Position numbers and translations under genes: made by a program. Below are positions 1 through 12,175 of a stretch of 64,000 nt of DNA, piece by piece. Location: contig NC_043000.1 of assembly GCF_006345805.1 (NCBI RefSeq), positions 21,018,001 through 21,082,000 on the forward strand. The letters are read 5' to 3'. The notes below the pieces were generated by a model, which did no database searches, was not told the DNA's origin, and saw only the letters and a list, made by a program, of their open reading frames with translations. Source of the stretch: Octopus sinensis (taxonomy: Eukaryota). The first letter of the stretch is position 1. Each line of letters starts with the position of its first letter.

Positions 1-279
1 TTTTGAAAAATACACCCAGTGTACACTATGAAGTGAATGGCAAATGAGCAAAGAAAGCATAGGGTTGTAAGATTCCTTCAGTCCTGTCTTATTGAGAATT
101 TATCAACTTCTCTAGTGCTGGTGCCACAAGAAAATGCCCCTAGCATACTTTGCAGAGTGACTGACAATAAAAAAGACGTCCAGCTATAAAAACCAAGCCA
201 AAATAACACATGTAAGCAGCAGTCTATAAGAGCAGTAGTTCTCAGTAAGAAAGATCTCAGATCATAATAACCTAGGCAC

Positions 280-670
280 AGGAGTGGCTGTGTGGTAAGT
301 AGCTTGCTAACCAACGACATGGTTCCGGGTTCAGTCCCACTGCATGGCACCTTGGGCAAGTGTCTTCTACTATAGCCTCGGGCCGACCAAAACCTTGTGT
401 GTAGATTTGGTAGATGGAAACTGAAAGAAGCCTGTCGTACATATGTATATGTATATATATATGTGCTTGTGTGTCTGTGTTTGTCCCCCCAACATCACTT
501 GACAGCTGATGCTGGTGTGTTAATGTCTCCGTAACCACATGGTTCTGGGTTCAGTCCCACTGCATGGCACCTTGGGCAAGTGTCTTGTACCATAGCCTCA
601 GGCTGACCAAAGCCTTGTGAGTGGATTTGGTAGACAGAAACTGAAAGAAGCCCGTCGTATATATGTATGT
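280..670 (+). mobile_element. SINE family A (tRNA-derived head GGAGTGGCTGTGTGGTAAG), two stacked 5' parts; the 3' half of the second copy resumes at about 3525-3762
   Basis: A/B-box-like head (GGTTCAGTCCC); same sequence recurs many times in the window. Confidence 0.8.
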
Positions 671-674
671 AGGT

Positions 675-3525
675 ATTTCGTGTTGCAAGACAGTGTGTGA
701 GAGAGAATCGTGATGTGGTAGGAGAGAAATGTGTTCGCATGGAGGATGGTTCACTTGCGCTAAATGAGGATGCAAAGAGAGAAGCTTGGAGACGCCACTA
801 TGAAAGGTTACTGAATGAGGAAAATGAATGGGATAAAGAGAGTCTGCCGAATGTTGACCCTACAGAGGGACCAGCTATCCGAGTTGATAGTCCGTGGTAG
901 CTAAGGCAATTAGAAGCATGAAGACAGGGAAAGCCCCAGGCCCATCAGGAATTACTGCAGAGATGCTCAAAATATCTGGCAGTGTCGGCTATAACCCAGT
1001 CACCCGTATAGTCAACCAGGTGATACACGAAGGAGTCATACCCAATGACTGGTGCAGCAGCATACTAGTCAACTGCTACAAAGGTAAAGGTGATGCCCTA
1101 GATACAAATAATTACAGAGGTATCAAGCTGTTGGATCAAGTAATGAAGGTTACGGAGAGGGTCATAGCCCAACTAATTAGAGAGAGAGTTAGTTTAGATG
1201 AGATGCAGTTTGGGTTCGTGCCAGGGAAAAGTACCACTGATGCTATATTCCTGGTAAGGCAGCTGCAGGAGAAATACCTAGCCAAAGATAAGCCTCTGTA
1301 CCTGGCTTTCGTTGACACGGAGAAAGCTTTTGATAGGGTCCCCCGATCCCTTATCTGGTGGTCAATGAGGAAACTAGGGATAGATGAATGGCTGGTGAGG
1401 ACTGTGCAAGCCATGTACAGAGATGCCGTAAGTAAGGTTAGGGTTGGCAACATGTACACAGAAGAATTCAAAGTAGAGGTTGGGGTCCACCAGGGTTCAG
1501 TACTCAGCCCCCTCCTATTTATCATAGTACTCCAGGCAATTACGGAGGAATTCAAGACAGGCTGTCCCTGGGAGCTCCTCTACGCTGACGACCTTGCTCT
1601 TATTGCTGAGTCACTATCAGAACTGGAGAAGTTCCAGGTGTGGAAGGAGGGTTTAGAATCAAGGGGCCTTAGAGTCAACCTAGCTAAAACCAAAGTACTA
1701 ATAAGTAGAAAGGTAGACAATCCACAATATCTTCAGGAAGATGGCCCTGCTCGATCTGTAGAAAAGGTTGTAGGTAGAAACTCTATAAGATGTACCCAGT
1801 GTAAGCTATGGACACATAAGAGGTGCAGCAATGTCAAAGGTAGGCTAACTGGGAAGATAGTTTTTGTATGTGGCAGATGCTCGGGAGCATTAACCTCCGA
1901 AAATCTGCAGAAAACAACTTCCGTCACTTTCCAGGGGGAAAAACTAGAAGTAGTTGATAGCTTCCGTTATCTAGGTGACCAAGTCAGTAGGGGGGTGGGT
2001 GCGCTGAAAGTGTAACTGCTAGAATAAGAATAGCCTGGGCAAAGTTTAGGGAGCTCTTACCTCTGCTGGTGACTAAAGGCCTCTCGCTCAGAGTAAAAGG
2101 CAGACTGTATGATGCGTGTGTACGAACAGCCATGCTACATGGCAGCGAAACATGGGCCGTGACTGCTGAGGACATGCGTAAGCTCGTGAGGAATGAAGCC
2201 AGTATGCTCCGATGGATGTGTAATGTCAGTGTACATACTCGACAGAGCGTTAGCACCTTGAGAGAAATGTTGTACCTAAGAAGCATCAGTTGTGGTGTGC
2301 AAGAGAGACGATTGCGCTGGTATGGTCATGTGGCGAGAATGGATGAAGATAGGTGTGTGAGAAAGTGCCAATCCCTAGCAGTTGAGGGAACCCGTGGAAG
2401 AGGTAGACCCAGGAAAACCTGGGACGAGGTGGTGAAGCACGACCTTCGAACTTTAGGCCTCACTGAGGAAATGACCAGAGACCGAGACCTTTGGAAATAT
2501 TCTGTACGTGAGAAGACCAGGCAGGACAAGTGAGCCCAGCCCACTTATGAATGCCTTTCCTCCCTTGGACACAAAGACCGGTTGAGGCAAGCGAAGTCGA
2601 TATAGAACCTCATCCGACGACAGACACCCATGCCAACCCCCCATGCTTGCGAAGACATGTTGGGGCAAGCGAAATCGAAATCGAAATCGAAATCGAAACC
2701 GAATTGAACCAGCCGGATCCCTGGCCTGGTGGTACGTAAAAAGCACTATCCGACTCGTGGCCGTGGCACGTAAAATACTCCAATGCGACCGTACGACAGG
2801 CACCATGCCAACCCCCTTTGCTTGTGAAGACATGTTGGGGCAAGCGAAATCGAAATCGAATTGAACCAGCCAGGATCCCTGGTCTGGTGGTACGTAAAAA
2901 GCACTATCCGACTCGTGGCCGTGGCACGTAAAATACTCCAATGCGACCGTACGACAGGCACCCTTGCCAACCCCCTTTGCTTGTGAAGACATGTTGGGGC
3001 AAGCGAAATCGAAATCGAATTGAACCAGCCAGGATCCCTGGTCTGGTGGTACGTAAAAAGCACTATCCGACTCGTGGCCGTGGCACGTAAAATACTCCAA
3101 TGCGACCGTACGACAGGCACCCATGCCAACCCCCTTTGCTTGTGAAGACATGTTGGGGCAAGCGAAATCGAAATCGAATTGAACCAGCCAGGATCCCTGG
3201 TCTGGTGGTACGTAAAAAGCACTATCCGACTCGTGGCCGATGCCAGCACCGCCTCGACTGGCTTCCGTGCCGGTGGCACATAAAATACACCAATCTGACC
3301 GTGGCCGTTGCCAGCCCCGCCTGGCACCTGTGCAGGTGGCACGTAAAAAGCACCCACTACACTCACGGAGTGGTTGGCGTTAGGAAGGGCATCCAGCTGT
3401 AGAAACATTGCCAAATTAGACTGGAGCCTGGTGCAGCCTTCTGGCTTCCCAGAACCCCGGTCGAACCGTCCAACCCATGCTAGCATGGAGAACGGACGTT
3501 AAACGACGATGATGATGATGATGAT
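675..3525 (+). mobile_element. 5'-truncated RTE-clade LINE: frameshifted RT (ORFs 697-900, 894-2015, 2069-2533), PHD finger, tandemly repeated 3' UTR, (GAT)n tail
   Basis: YRGIKLL, QFGF, AFDRVP, GVHQGSVLSP, LLYADD, FRYLG and WYGHVARM motifs; tail GGACGTTAAACGACGATGATGAT. Confidence 0.92.
2625..3239 (+). repeat. Tandem array of a 158-176 bp unit (about 3.8 copies) in the RTE 3' UTR
   Basis: Unit starts at 2625, 2801, 2959 and 3118; contains a variable (GAAATC)n run. Confidence 0.92.
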
Positions 3526-5204
3526 ATATATGTTTGTGTATGTGTGTGTGTATATGTTTGTCCCCCCATCCCCCCAACATCGTTTGACAACCGATGCTGG
3601 TGTGTTTACGTCCTTGTAATTTAGCGGCTCGGCAAAACAGACCGATAGGATAAGTACTAGGCTTACAAAGAATAAGTCCTGGGTTCGATTTGCTCGATTA
3701 AAGGTGGTGCGCCAGCATGGTCGCAGTCAAATGACTGAAACAAGTAAAAGAGTAAAAGAGTATTCAATTAGTGCATAATAAAATAATGATGACGGCAGGA
3801 GTGAAAAACAATGCTTAAATATGACACTACTGGCTGCAGTGGTTTTGTGGAGATAGTGGCAGTGGTGATGTTGTGTAGAAGACAATGATGAGAGTATTTT
3901 GCAGATGTTTATTCATAATCTTAATCAATGAGAATATTGCAACACCACAGAAAACAATATATGCAGTGTACAGTCAAATAAGTGCTTGCTTCAAGACTAC
4001 TGAAAAGGTTGCAAGACGCAACGAAAATTTTAGGAAAATTAAAATAAGAAAAAAGTGGAAATTTTATCGGTGAGTGTGTTACATTATAAGGCACAAAAAG
4101 TAAATGACTCTCCCCAGACACAACAGAAAGTGCTTCAAGGTTTCAGTTTTATTTCCAGAATTTCAGAATTAACAGTCACAGGAAAATAATTATTCCAGTA
4201 CATCATTAGTAAAAAATGAGCTTACATTAGCATTACATTTGTATTTAAAGAGACATTAGACTTGCAACAATGATTAGTTGGTTGAGAACAGTTATGGTCA
4301 GTAAACACAAAAGAAGACTCATTCAGGCAAATAAGGTCACAGCAGAGATGATGGTGATGATGATGATGTCAATGGCATCAGTTAGAGTAACCAGTCAAGA
4401 GGCCACTAGGTTTAGTGCTAGGCCCAAGAACCCAGAAACAAGAGATCCATTTTGCTGATACCAGTCTAAAGATTGAGGATGATGATGTCATTCAAGATGA
4501 TGATGATGGTGATGTCACTGAAGATGATGATGAAGATGATGGTGATGTCATTGACATGATGACAATGATGATGATGATAATACTGGTGATGCAGGGACGA
4601 TGGTGGTGTGTTGCACATGCAAACAATCACACGTTTTCTATTTGCGCCAACAATCATCAAAGCCTGTAAGAAATATATTCAAAAAGAATTCATATTATTG
4701 GATAATTCTTTCTTTGATTTAATCTAACACTGTGGTAAATTAGAAATACACTAAATTAATTATAATTACAGATTTTGATTCTATTAGATAACTCATACTT
4801 GGAAAAAGTGGACTATTCTTTGAATTACAAGTATAGAAAGGTTGACATTGCTGTGGATACAGAATAAAAGAGACACTAAATAATCAAAATCACAAAATGT
4901 AGGTTGGATACTATATTGTTGAGATAAGGAGGTGATGGTGGTGGTGGTGGTGATAACCGTTTTTAATTTGGGCATAAATGCCAGCAGCTCTGAAATGTGG
5001 AGGGTCGATACTATCAATCTTAGTACTTGACTGTTCGTTAAATTTATCAAGATAAATAAATGGCAAAGTTAACCACAATGATGATGATGATGAAATGCAA
5101 ATGCATTTGTCCTTCTACACTTGGATTATCTTCAAACTGGCATTTAAATGATGGCAGTTATCTTCAGTTCACAAAGAACTTCTAGCTTCTTCCATGGAAC
5201 CTAT

Positions 5205-5825
5205 AATTTCTGAAGACCCAGCAAGCCAAGTGAGATCATAACCCTTGGCCTATGCCAGGGGTGTAACCAGCACACTTATGCATACCTTTCCTTCATTGGA
5301 CACTAAACTCTGCTTGCGAAGACCTGTTGAGGCAAGTGAAATCGAAATCGAAATCAAATTCGATGACTGGCACCCGTACTAGTGGAGCGCTAAGAGCACA
5401 ATCTGAGCGTGATTGTTGCCAGAACAGCTAACTGGCTTCTGTTCCGGTGGCACGTAAAAAGCACCATTCAAGCGTGATTGTTACCAGTGTCGCCTTACTG
5501 GTACGTGAAAAAACATTTGAGCGAGGTCGTTGCCAGTGCCGCTGGACTGGCTCCTGTGCAGGTGGCATGTAAAAACACCATCTGTGTGTGGCTGTTGCCA
5601 GTACCGCCTGACTGGCCCTCATGCCGGTGGCATGTAAAAGCACCCACTACACTATCAAAGTGGTTGGCATTAGGAAGGGCATCCAGCTGTAGAAACTCTG
5701 CCAGATCAGATTGGAGCCTGGTGCAGCCATCTGGTTCGCCAGTCCTCAGTCAAATCGTCCAGCCCATGCTAGCATGGAAAGCAGATGTTAAATGATGATG
5801 ATGATGATGATAATGATGATGATGA
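5205..5825 (+). mobile_element. RTE 3' UTR fragment with (GAT)n tail
   Basis: Same terminal module (GGTGGCACGTAAAAAGCACC ... GTGGTTGGCATTAGGAAGGGCATCCAGCTGTAGAAAC) as the 675-3525 element. Confidence 0.85.
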
Positions 5826-6351
5826 AATGTCTCGAAATGTACCAGTGAAATGGTCTCTATTCAGTCACTTGATCTGCTAGAAACAGTAGCCGAATCTGTT
5901 TCAAACCACACCCTACTGTCTTAAAATAGGAAGGACATACTGAATGATGTAGTCTTAGATATACAAAACAATAATATGGTCGAATCAGAAATGACTTCGA
6001 ACACAAGCTTGCTAAACTGGGGTTGACATGGAGTTAAACAACTGAGATGCCAATGAAGGTATCTTCCATGCGGTCCCTCAAGTTGCTAGAAATAATAGCC
6101 AAATCTCTGCTGCTAGAAATAGTAGTCAAATCATGTCTCACTATCTTATCAAAAGAGAAGAACACATTAAATAATGTAATTCTAGATATTCTTTGACCAT
6201 AAGTTTACTTAATCAGAGTTGATCTAAGGTCCAACAACAACTAAGAATCAAATGTGATAAGGTGAATTTAACAAACCCAAAAGGTTAATGTAGATCAGGG
6301 TCCATAAGGCCTTTGGAATCTATATAAGATTTTCATTGCTCATAAAATTTA

Positions 6352-6685
6352 GGAGTGGCTGTGTGGTAAGTAACTTGCTTACCAACCACATGGTTCTAGG
6401 TTCAGTCCCACTGCATGGTACCTTGGGCAAGTGTCTTCTACTATAGCCTCAGGCCAACCAAAGCCTTGTGAGTGGATTTGGTAGACAGAAACTGAAAGAA
6501 GCCCGTCGTATATATGTATATATATATATATATATATGTTTGTGTATGTTTGTCCCTCCAACATCGCTTGACAACTGATGCTGGTTGTCAAGTCCTGGGG
6601 TCGATATGCTCGACTAAAGGCGGTGCTCCAGCATGGCCACAGTCAAGTGACTGAAACAAGTAAAAGAGTAAGAGTAAAAGAGTAT
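6352..6685 (+). mobile_element. SINE family A, internally deleted
   Basis: Head and GACTGAAACAAGTAAAAGAG tail present. Confidence 0.8.
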
Positions 6686-6864
6686 TAGACTGGTTATATT
6701 TCTACACTACAAAATATTTAAACATTCTTTTTTACAATTCTTAATAATATTTAATCATAAAAATATAATAAGGAGTTTTTAGACATTGAATGACTATGAG
6801 AGTATCCCTTCCCTGAGTAAAATAGGAACGAAAGGGGTCCATAGGTAAACAATGGTTGAAATAC

Positions 6865-7041
6865 CCTGATGTAGATGAACAAGAAGAAAATGGTGATGAA
6901 GATTGATCTGATGAGAAGACAACAAGCAACTTACTGTGAAGTGTTTTCTCATCCATTCTGGTACTTAAGGCAACATCAAAATGTCCCTTTTGCTGTAATT
7001 CGCTTGGAAGGACAATGGGTGGACTAAACACATTCCAGTCT
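6865..7041 (-). CDS. CFAP20DC: CFAP20DC coding exon 17 (DWNVFSPPIVLPSELQQK...); 3' boundary uncertain
   Basis: ttctgtag acceptor in phase 2. The donor at 6864 (gtattt) is weak; otherwise the frame stays open to a TAA at 6741. Confidence 0.7.
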
Positions 7042-7879
7042 CTACAGAATAAAAAAAAATATCTTTAGAAAAATGAAGAAGTAAATAGCAACAACAACTA
7101 AATACTAAGAAAGCAAAACAAATTTGGATTAATCAATTAATTTATTCAAGCTGGTGCATGTATGACTGTGTAAGAAGCTTGCTCCCCAACTACATGGTTC
7201 TGGGTTCAGTTACACTATGTGGCACAATAGGCAAGTGTCTTCTACTATAGCCATGGGCTGACCAAAGCCTTGTTGGTGGATTCGGTAGGCAGAAAGAGAA
7301 AGAAGCCCATTATGTGTATGTATATATATATATATATAGAACAAACTTACTTAGAAAAGGATGCGTTCTGTCGTGTAATAACAAATTAATAAATAAAACA
7401 TATGCATATATACATACATATATGTACGTACCTACATCTACATGTATATATACATGCATATATGGGTACAGGACACCAAAAAAACGTTGAACACAATGAG
7501 AAACGAAAACATAAACACAAAACCAAGGAACTGGACATTTTTCTTAAACAACAATAAAATAGAGTACAGGACAAATAACACAAGGAAAATTCCCCTTCTT
7601 CAGTCGCATGGTTTCATCTACTCCGCATTTCAAAGGTGAAGGCGAGACGTGACTTCAACTGAAACATATGACTGTCTTCTTTTGGTTTCTGTCAAACAAA
7701 TCCATTCACAATGCTTTGATTGGCCTGAGGCTATAGTAGAAGACACTTGCCCAAGACGCCACATAGTGGGACTGAACCTGGAGCCATGTGGTTGGGAAGC
7801 AAGCTCTTTCCCAAATGGCCACACTTTGTTTATACTAAAAACTTAGATTAAAAAGGTTATTAGATAGAATTAATATTAC

Positions 7880-7968
7880 CTGGGGTTTGAAGAACTCAAG
7901 GTGTCGGTGCTGCGTCTGGAAGGGTACTTCATTTCTTCTTTATAGTTGTGGCCACCTATTACAGGAAG
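7880..7968 (-). CDS. CFAP20DC: CFAP20DC coding exon 16 (LPVIGGHNYKEEMKYPSRRSTDTLSSSNPR)
   Basis: atttaacag acceptor, gtaata donor, 89 nt, phase 0/2. Confidence 0.82.
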
Positions 7969-8103
7969 CTGTTAAATAATGACACAAATAATGTAAAAAA
8001 AGATTTGTCATACTAAAGAGAGAGGATATTAAAAGTGCGCGTGTGTGAGAGAGAGAGAGAAAGAGACAGATTCAAACAAGTGCTCCTGGCCTGTGCACAC
8101 ATA

Positions 8104-8669
8104 TGATAGGGAGTTGAAAAGTTCCTGGTTTTAAGGGTGTCGCAAAAGGCGTGGCTGGAGGCCCAACCTTCTGAGTTCTTTTTATTTATTTATTTATTTA
8201 TGTGCCCTTTTCAAGCCTAGCCAGGCTCATGGGCCCAGTTTCCCGGTTTCTGTAGCATATGTGTTCCCCCCAGCTGGACGGGATATCAGTCCATCGCAGC
8301 GTTACTCAAGAAACAGGAAGAAAGAGTGAGAGAAAGTTGGGCGAAAGAGTACAACAGGGGTCGCTATCACCCCCTACCAGAGCCTCGTGGATCTTTTAGG
8401 TGTTTTTGCTCAATAAACACACACAACGCCTGGTCTGGGAATCAAAACCGCGATCCTCCGACCACGAGTCCGCTGCCTGAACCACTGGGCCATTGCGCCT
8501 CCACCTGAATTCTTTTACAGGGCTTAAAAAAACTGAAGGACCGCTGCAATTTGAAAGACTGCTGCAAGTGTGTGAATCTGAGAGGAGAATATGTTGGATA
8601 AAATCATAATTAACTGATCCTTCTGTAGTTTCCTTTTTCCAAAGCCAGGAACTTTTCACCATCCCCTTG
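8104..8669. mobile_element. Mariner-derived MITE (TA target duplication) interrupted by a SINE
   Basis: Ends TA-TGATAGGGAGTTGAAAAGTTCCTGG and CCAGGAACTTTTCACCATCCCCTTG-TA are inverted. Confidence 0.7.
8181..8503 (-). mobile_element. SINE family C (head TGGAGGCGCAATGGCCCAGTGGTT), full length, Nin-domain-like tail
   Basis: 12-bp TSD CTGAGTTCTTTT / CTGAATTCTTTT; (TAAA)n end; CTGCGATGGACTGATATCCCGTCCAG segment. Confidence 0.82.
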
Positions 8670-9869
8670 TACAGTCAACAATTAGCTCCGTCTGTGTATG
8701 CATGTGTATATGTGCAAATGCTATTAGCATTCATATGTGTGGGAACAAAACAAGGACTTTTTGTTTAACAAAATATTGTTAAATTAATTCAATTTATTTT
8801 GTTGTACTATGTATATTATTTATGTTTATCTTTTATCTTTCACTTGTTTCAGTCACTGGACCGTGGCCATGCTGAGGTACTGCCTTGAAGGGTTACACAA
8901 ATCATTACCATTACATATTTTTCCTGAAGTCTGGTACTTATTCTACCAGTATCACTGGCCAAACCTCTAAGTTACAGGAGTGTAAACAAACCAACACCAG
9001 TTGTCAAGTGCTGGTGTGACATAAACACACACACACATACATAAATATGTATATGATGGGCTTCTTTCAGTTTTCATCTACCTAATCCACTCAGAAGGCA
9101 TTGTCAACCTAAGTCTATAGTAAAAAACATTTGCCCAAGATGCCAGTGGGACTGTTGCTAAGGCAGTAGTAATAATGATCAATAAATAAGTGCAAGGCTG
9201 AAAAGCAGGACTTGTGTCAACACAACTGATTTGAAACTCTTAAAGGTGATACTCTAGCATGGCCACAATCAGTAAAGAAAATCAGTGAATAAGAAAAAGA
9301 TTACAGATCACCAAACACAGCTGATTTTCTCTTTTGCTGTGGTGCCAGATAAAGGACTGCTACAAATGGGTTGATGCTGTTAGATCTATCCAACACATGT
9401 CAGTAGGCTGTATGATTAAGAAGTTTGCTTCCCATTCACATGGTTACAGGTTCAGTCGTCCCATTGCATGGCACCTCGGGCAAATGTCTAGGGCCAACCA
9501 AAGTTTTGTAATTGGATTTGGTAATTGGAAACTAAAAGGAATCCATTGTGTGTGTGTGTGTGTGTATGTGTGTGCACATGTGTTTATGTGTGTGCAACAT
9601 CATGTGATAGCACTAAATGAGTGTCACTGTCATACAAGCAGTGTCATTCATTTCTAAAATTCTGCGAGAATATGTCCAGCAATGAGGAAATATTACTTTG
9701 CTTGGAAACAGGTGAAGATTGGCAACAAGAAGGGCATCCAGACGTAGAAAATTTGCTTCAGTAAACTCTGTCCAATCCATGCAAGCATAGAAAAGAAGAC
9801 ATTAAAACATTGATGATGATGATGATGATGATGACGATTGTTGTTAATTAGAAATGATTAATGCTTGAT

Positions 9870-10145
9870 GCGCAACTTTTTCACGCTGAGAGTTGCTGAA
9901 GCGTGGAACAAACTGCCGGCATCGGTTGTTAGTTGTCGGAGCACTGCATCCTTCAAGACTTCCATGCTTCCTGAGATTCGCCAACACTACACTTGATTTT
10001 CTCCCCTCCATACACACACAAGCATGTTCACTTTCCAGACATTTCTACATTACTGCATGTACTTTATATGCACTTTCTGACAAGTTGTGGTGCACCTGAG
10101 CACTGTATACAATAATTTCATTATTTATTATTATTTATTTATTTA
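9870..10145 (+). mobile_element. CR1-like LINE 3' end
   Basis: FFTLRVAEAWNKLP coding end and CCTGAGCACTGTA..(ATT)n tail, shared with 24910-27290. Confidence 0.82.
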
Positions 10146-10186
10146 TAAATGACTGAAAAAGGAAAAACATCAAAAGCAACACCTAC

Positions 10187-10417
10187 TGGAACTTTGAGTG
10201 AGCTGAACGTATCATCATCACTAGTTGTAGTGGTTGAGTCCTCATACAGGTGGTTTGCCAAAGCCATCGGGTTAGCATTTGAGTTGGCATCTCTGTCTCT
10301 TTGATGTAAAGCAAATTCTTCTTCTTGTTGACGTTTCATGCTGGCCAGAACGAGTTTTTCACAGGAATCCATTGTGTTACTGTAATTTGTCTGGTATTTG
10401 TTGCTGTCATAAATTTT
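10187..10417 (-). CDS. CFAP20DC: CFAP20DC coding exon 15 (KIYDSNKYQ...LVLASMKRQQEEE...TTTTSDDDTFSSLKVP)
   Basis: ORF 10139..10372 extended to a cattttag acceptor; gtaggt donor; 231 nt, phase 0/0. Confidence 0.8.
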
Positions 10418-10689
10418 CTAAAATGAAATAGGTTTTTGAATATATTTACGAGCAAAACGCACCCCTCCCCCGTCCAATGGACGGTGCTGAGTTGTCAAAC
10501 ATTTAAACCAAATTTTCTCAAAACAACTTGTCCGACCATCCCATAGGCCTCCCCTTTGAGAAACACTGATTTAACCTAAATTTGAGACACCAGCAAAAGA
10601 AGAAATAAAGATAGACTTTTTTTCTATTCCAAAGAAAAATGATTTTATTCACACAAATATGCAACTGAAGAGTTTAAAGTACCAGTAAG

Positions 10690-10904
10690 TACATCGCAAC
10701 AGCTGATGTACTTGCGCGTACAAATGCACGTTCTCAGGGCTTTATCGATCACATTCTCACCTGCAATCGATTTTTGTAATTTTTCAAGACCTATACACGC
10801 CCTGATATCGTCGGTATCTACATATCAAATTTGAGCGCAATCGGATGGAAGATGCCCGAGATCCTAGAAGACACACAGACAGACAGACAGAATGGATTTA
10901 TATA

Positions 10905-10910
<6 letters not shown>
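10690..10910 (+). mobile_element. Non-autonomous Helitron-like element, 3' part
   Basis: CAAATTTGAGCGCAATCGG...ACACAGACAGACAG-(TA)n ending, typical of such elements; family inferred. Confidence 0.45.
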
Positions 10911-10991
<81 letters not shown>

Positions 10992-11360
10992 ACAGATGTG
11001 AAATGATGACGAAGATGGTTGATATCTATATCTATATATAAGCAAAAATTTAGATTCAGATGAATTAGGTACCTAACTTGAGGCACCAGAATTTAGCACC
11101 GTATTATCCATACAGTTTCAAAATAAGGTGATTAAAATCAAAATAAGCAACAGGATATCCAGAGGTAATGCAGTATGTTCATTTCAAGTGACTCCATTTA
11201 ATTGAACAATGCAACCATTACATCAATTTAAATGCAGAGCAATCCTTAGCTGCATAAATACATAGAATTAAATCAAATTAAAACAGATGGACACATTTGT
11301 ATAATTTTACCTAAAACCTCCAAGAAGGTATCTATCTATATCTATCTATCTATCTATCTA

Positions 11361-11415
<55 letters not shown>

Positions 11416-11756
11416 GTTGGTGTGTTGAACTCATAATTGCATGATCATGGTTTCAACTCCCTGACCAGGCCGTGCACTGTGTTCTTGAGCAAAACACTTC
11501 ATTTCATGTTGCTCTGTGATCACTTTGACATCTGACATGTGACACACCATCCACCTGTTCAGGCAATGTTGATCTGATGGTAAGAGTGAGCTAATGTACA
11601 TTAAACACATTTAAATCACTATAAACAAATTATTTGTGCAGATTGTTCAACAAGAAATTGCAGAGCCCTCAACTGTTAATTACAACAAGAAAAACCATCA
11701 CATACATGCATGCATGCACCTCAAAAAACATTGTATTTCTAAAAGAACCTTGTATT

Positions 11757-12175
11757 TCTTATTTCTTTATTGCCCACACGAGGCTATACATAGAGGGGAC
11801 AAACAAGGACAGACAAAGGAATTAAGTCGATTACATCGACCCCAGTGTGTAACTGGTACTTAATTTATCGACCCCGAAAGGATGAAAGGTAAAGTCGACT
11901 TCGGCGAAATTTGAACTGAGAATGAAATGGCAGATGAAATACCTATTTCTTTATTGCCCACAAGGGGCTAAACATAGAGGGGACAAACAAGGACAGCCAT
12001 AGGTATTAAGTCGATTACATCGACCCCAGTGTGTAATTGGTACTTAATTTATCGACCCCGAAAGGATGAAAGGCAAAGTCGACCTCGGCGGAATTTGAAC
12101 TCAGAACGTAGCAGCAGATGAAATACCAGTAAGCATTTCACCTGGCATGCTAACATTTCTGCCAGCTCGCTGCCT
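11757..12175 (-). mobile_element. SINE family B (Meta/MESC-like core), with tandem partial duplication of its 3' part
   Basis: Core GCCTTTCATCCTTTCGGGGTCGATAAATTAAGTACC occurs twice. Confidence 0.8.

Noticed and set aside
280-360. tRNA genes at the SINE heads (families A-D)
   Set aside because: They have A/B boxes but no complete cloverleaf and run directly into SINE bodies.
2625-3360. CRISPR-like look of a short conserved repeat (GGCACGTAAAAAGCAC) with intervening spacers
   Set aside because: Eukaryotic context, no cas genes; the spacers are themselves repeated and the array is the 3' UTR of an RTE LINE.
4340-4610. Asp/Met-rich ORFs (4270-4458, 4415-4669)
   Set aside because: Imperfect (GAT)n repeat, probably decayed RTE-type tails; no splice or homology support.
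7590-7670. GAAAC...CTGAAGA on minus, as a permuted hammerhead
   Set aside because: Spacing is too short to form stems I and III.
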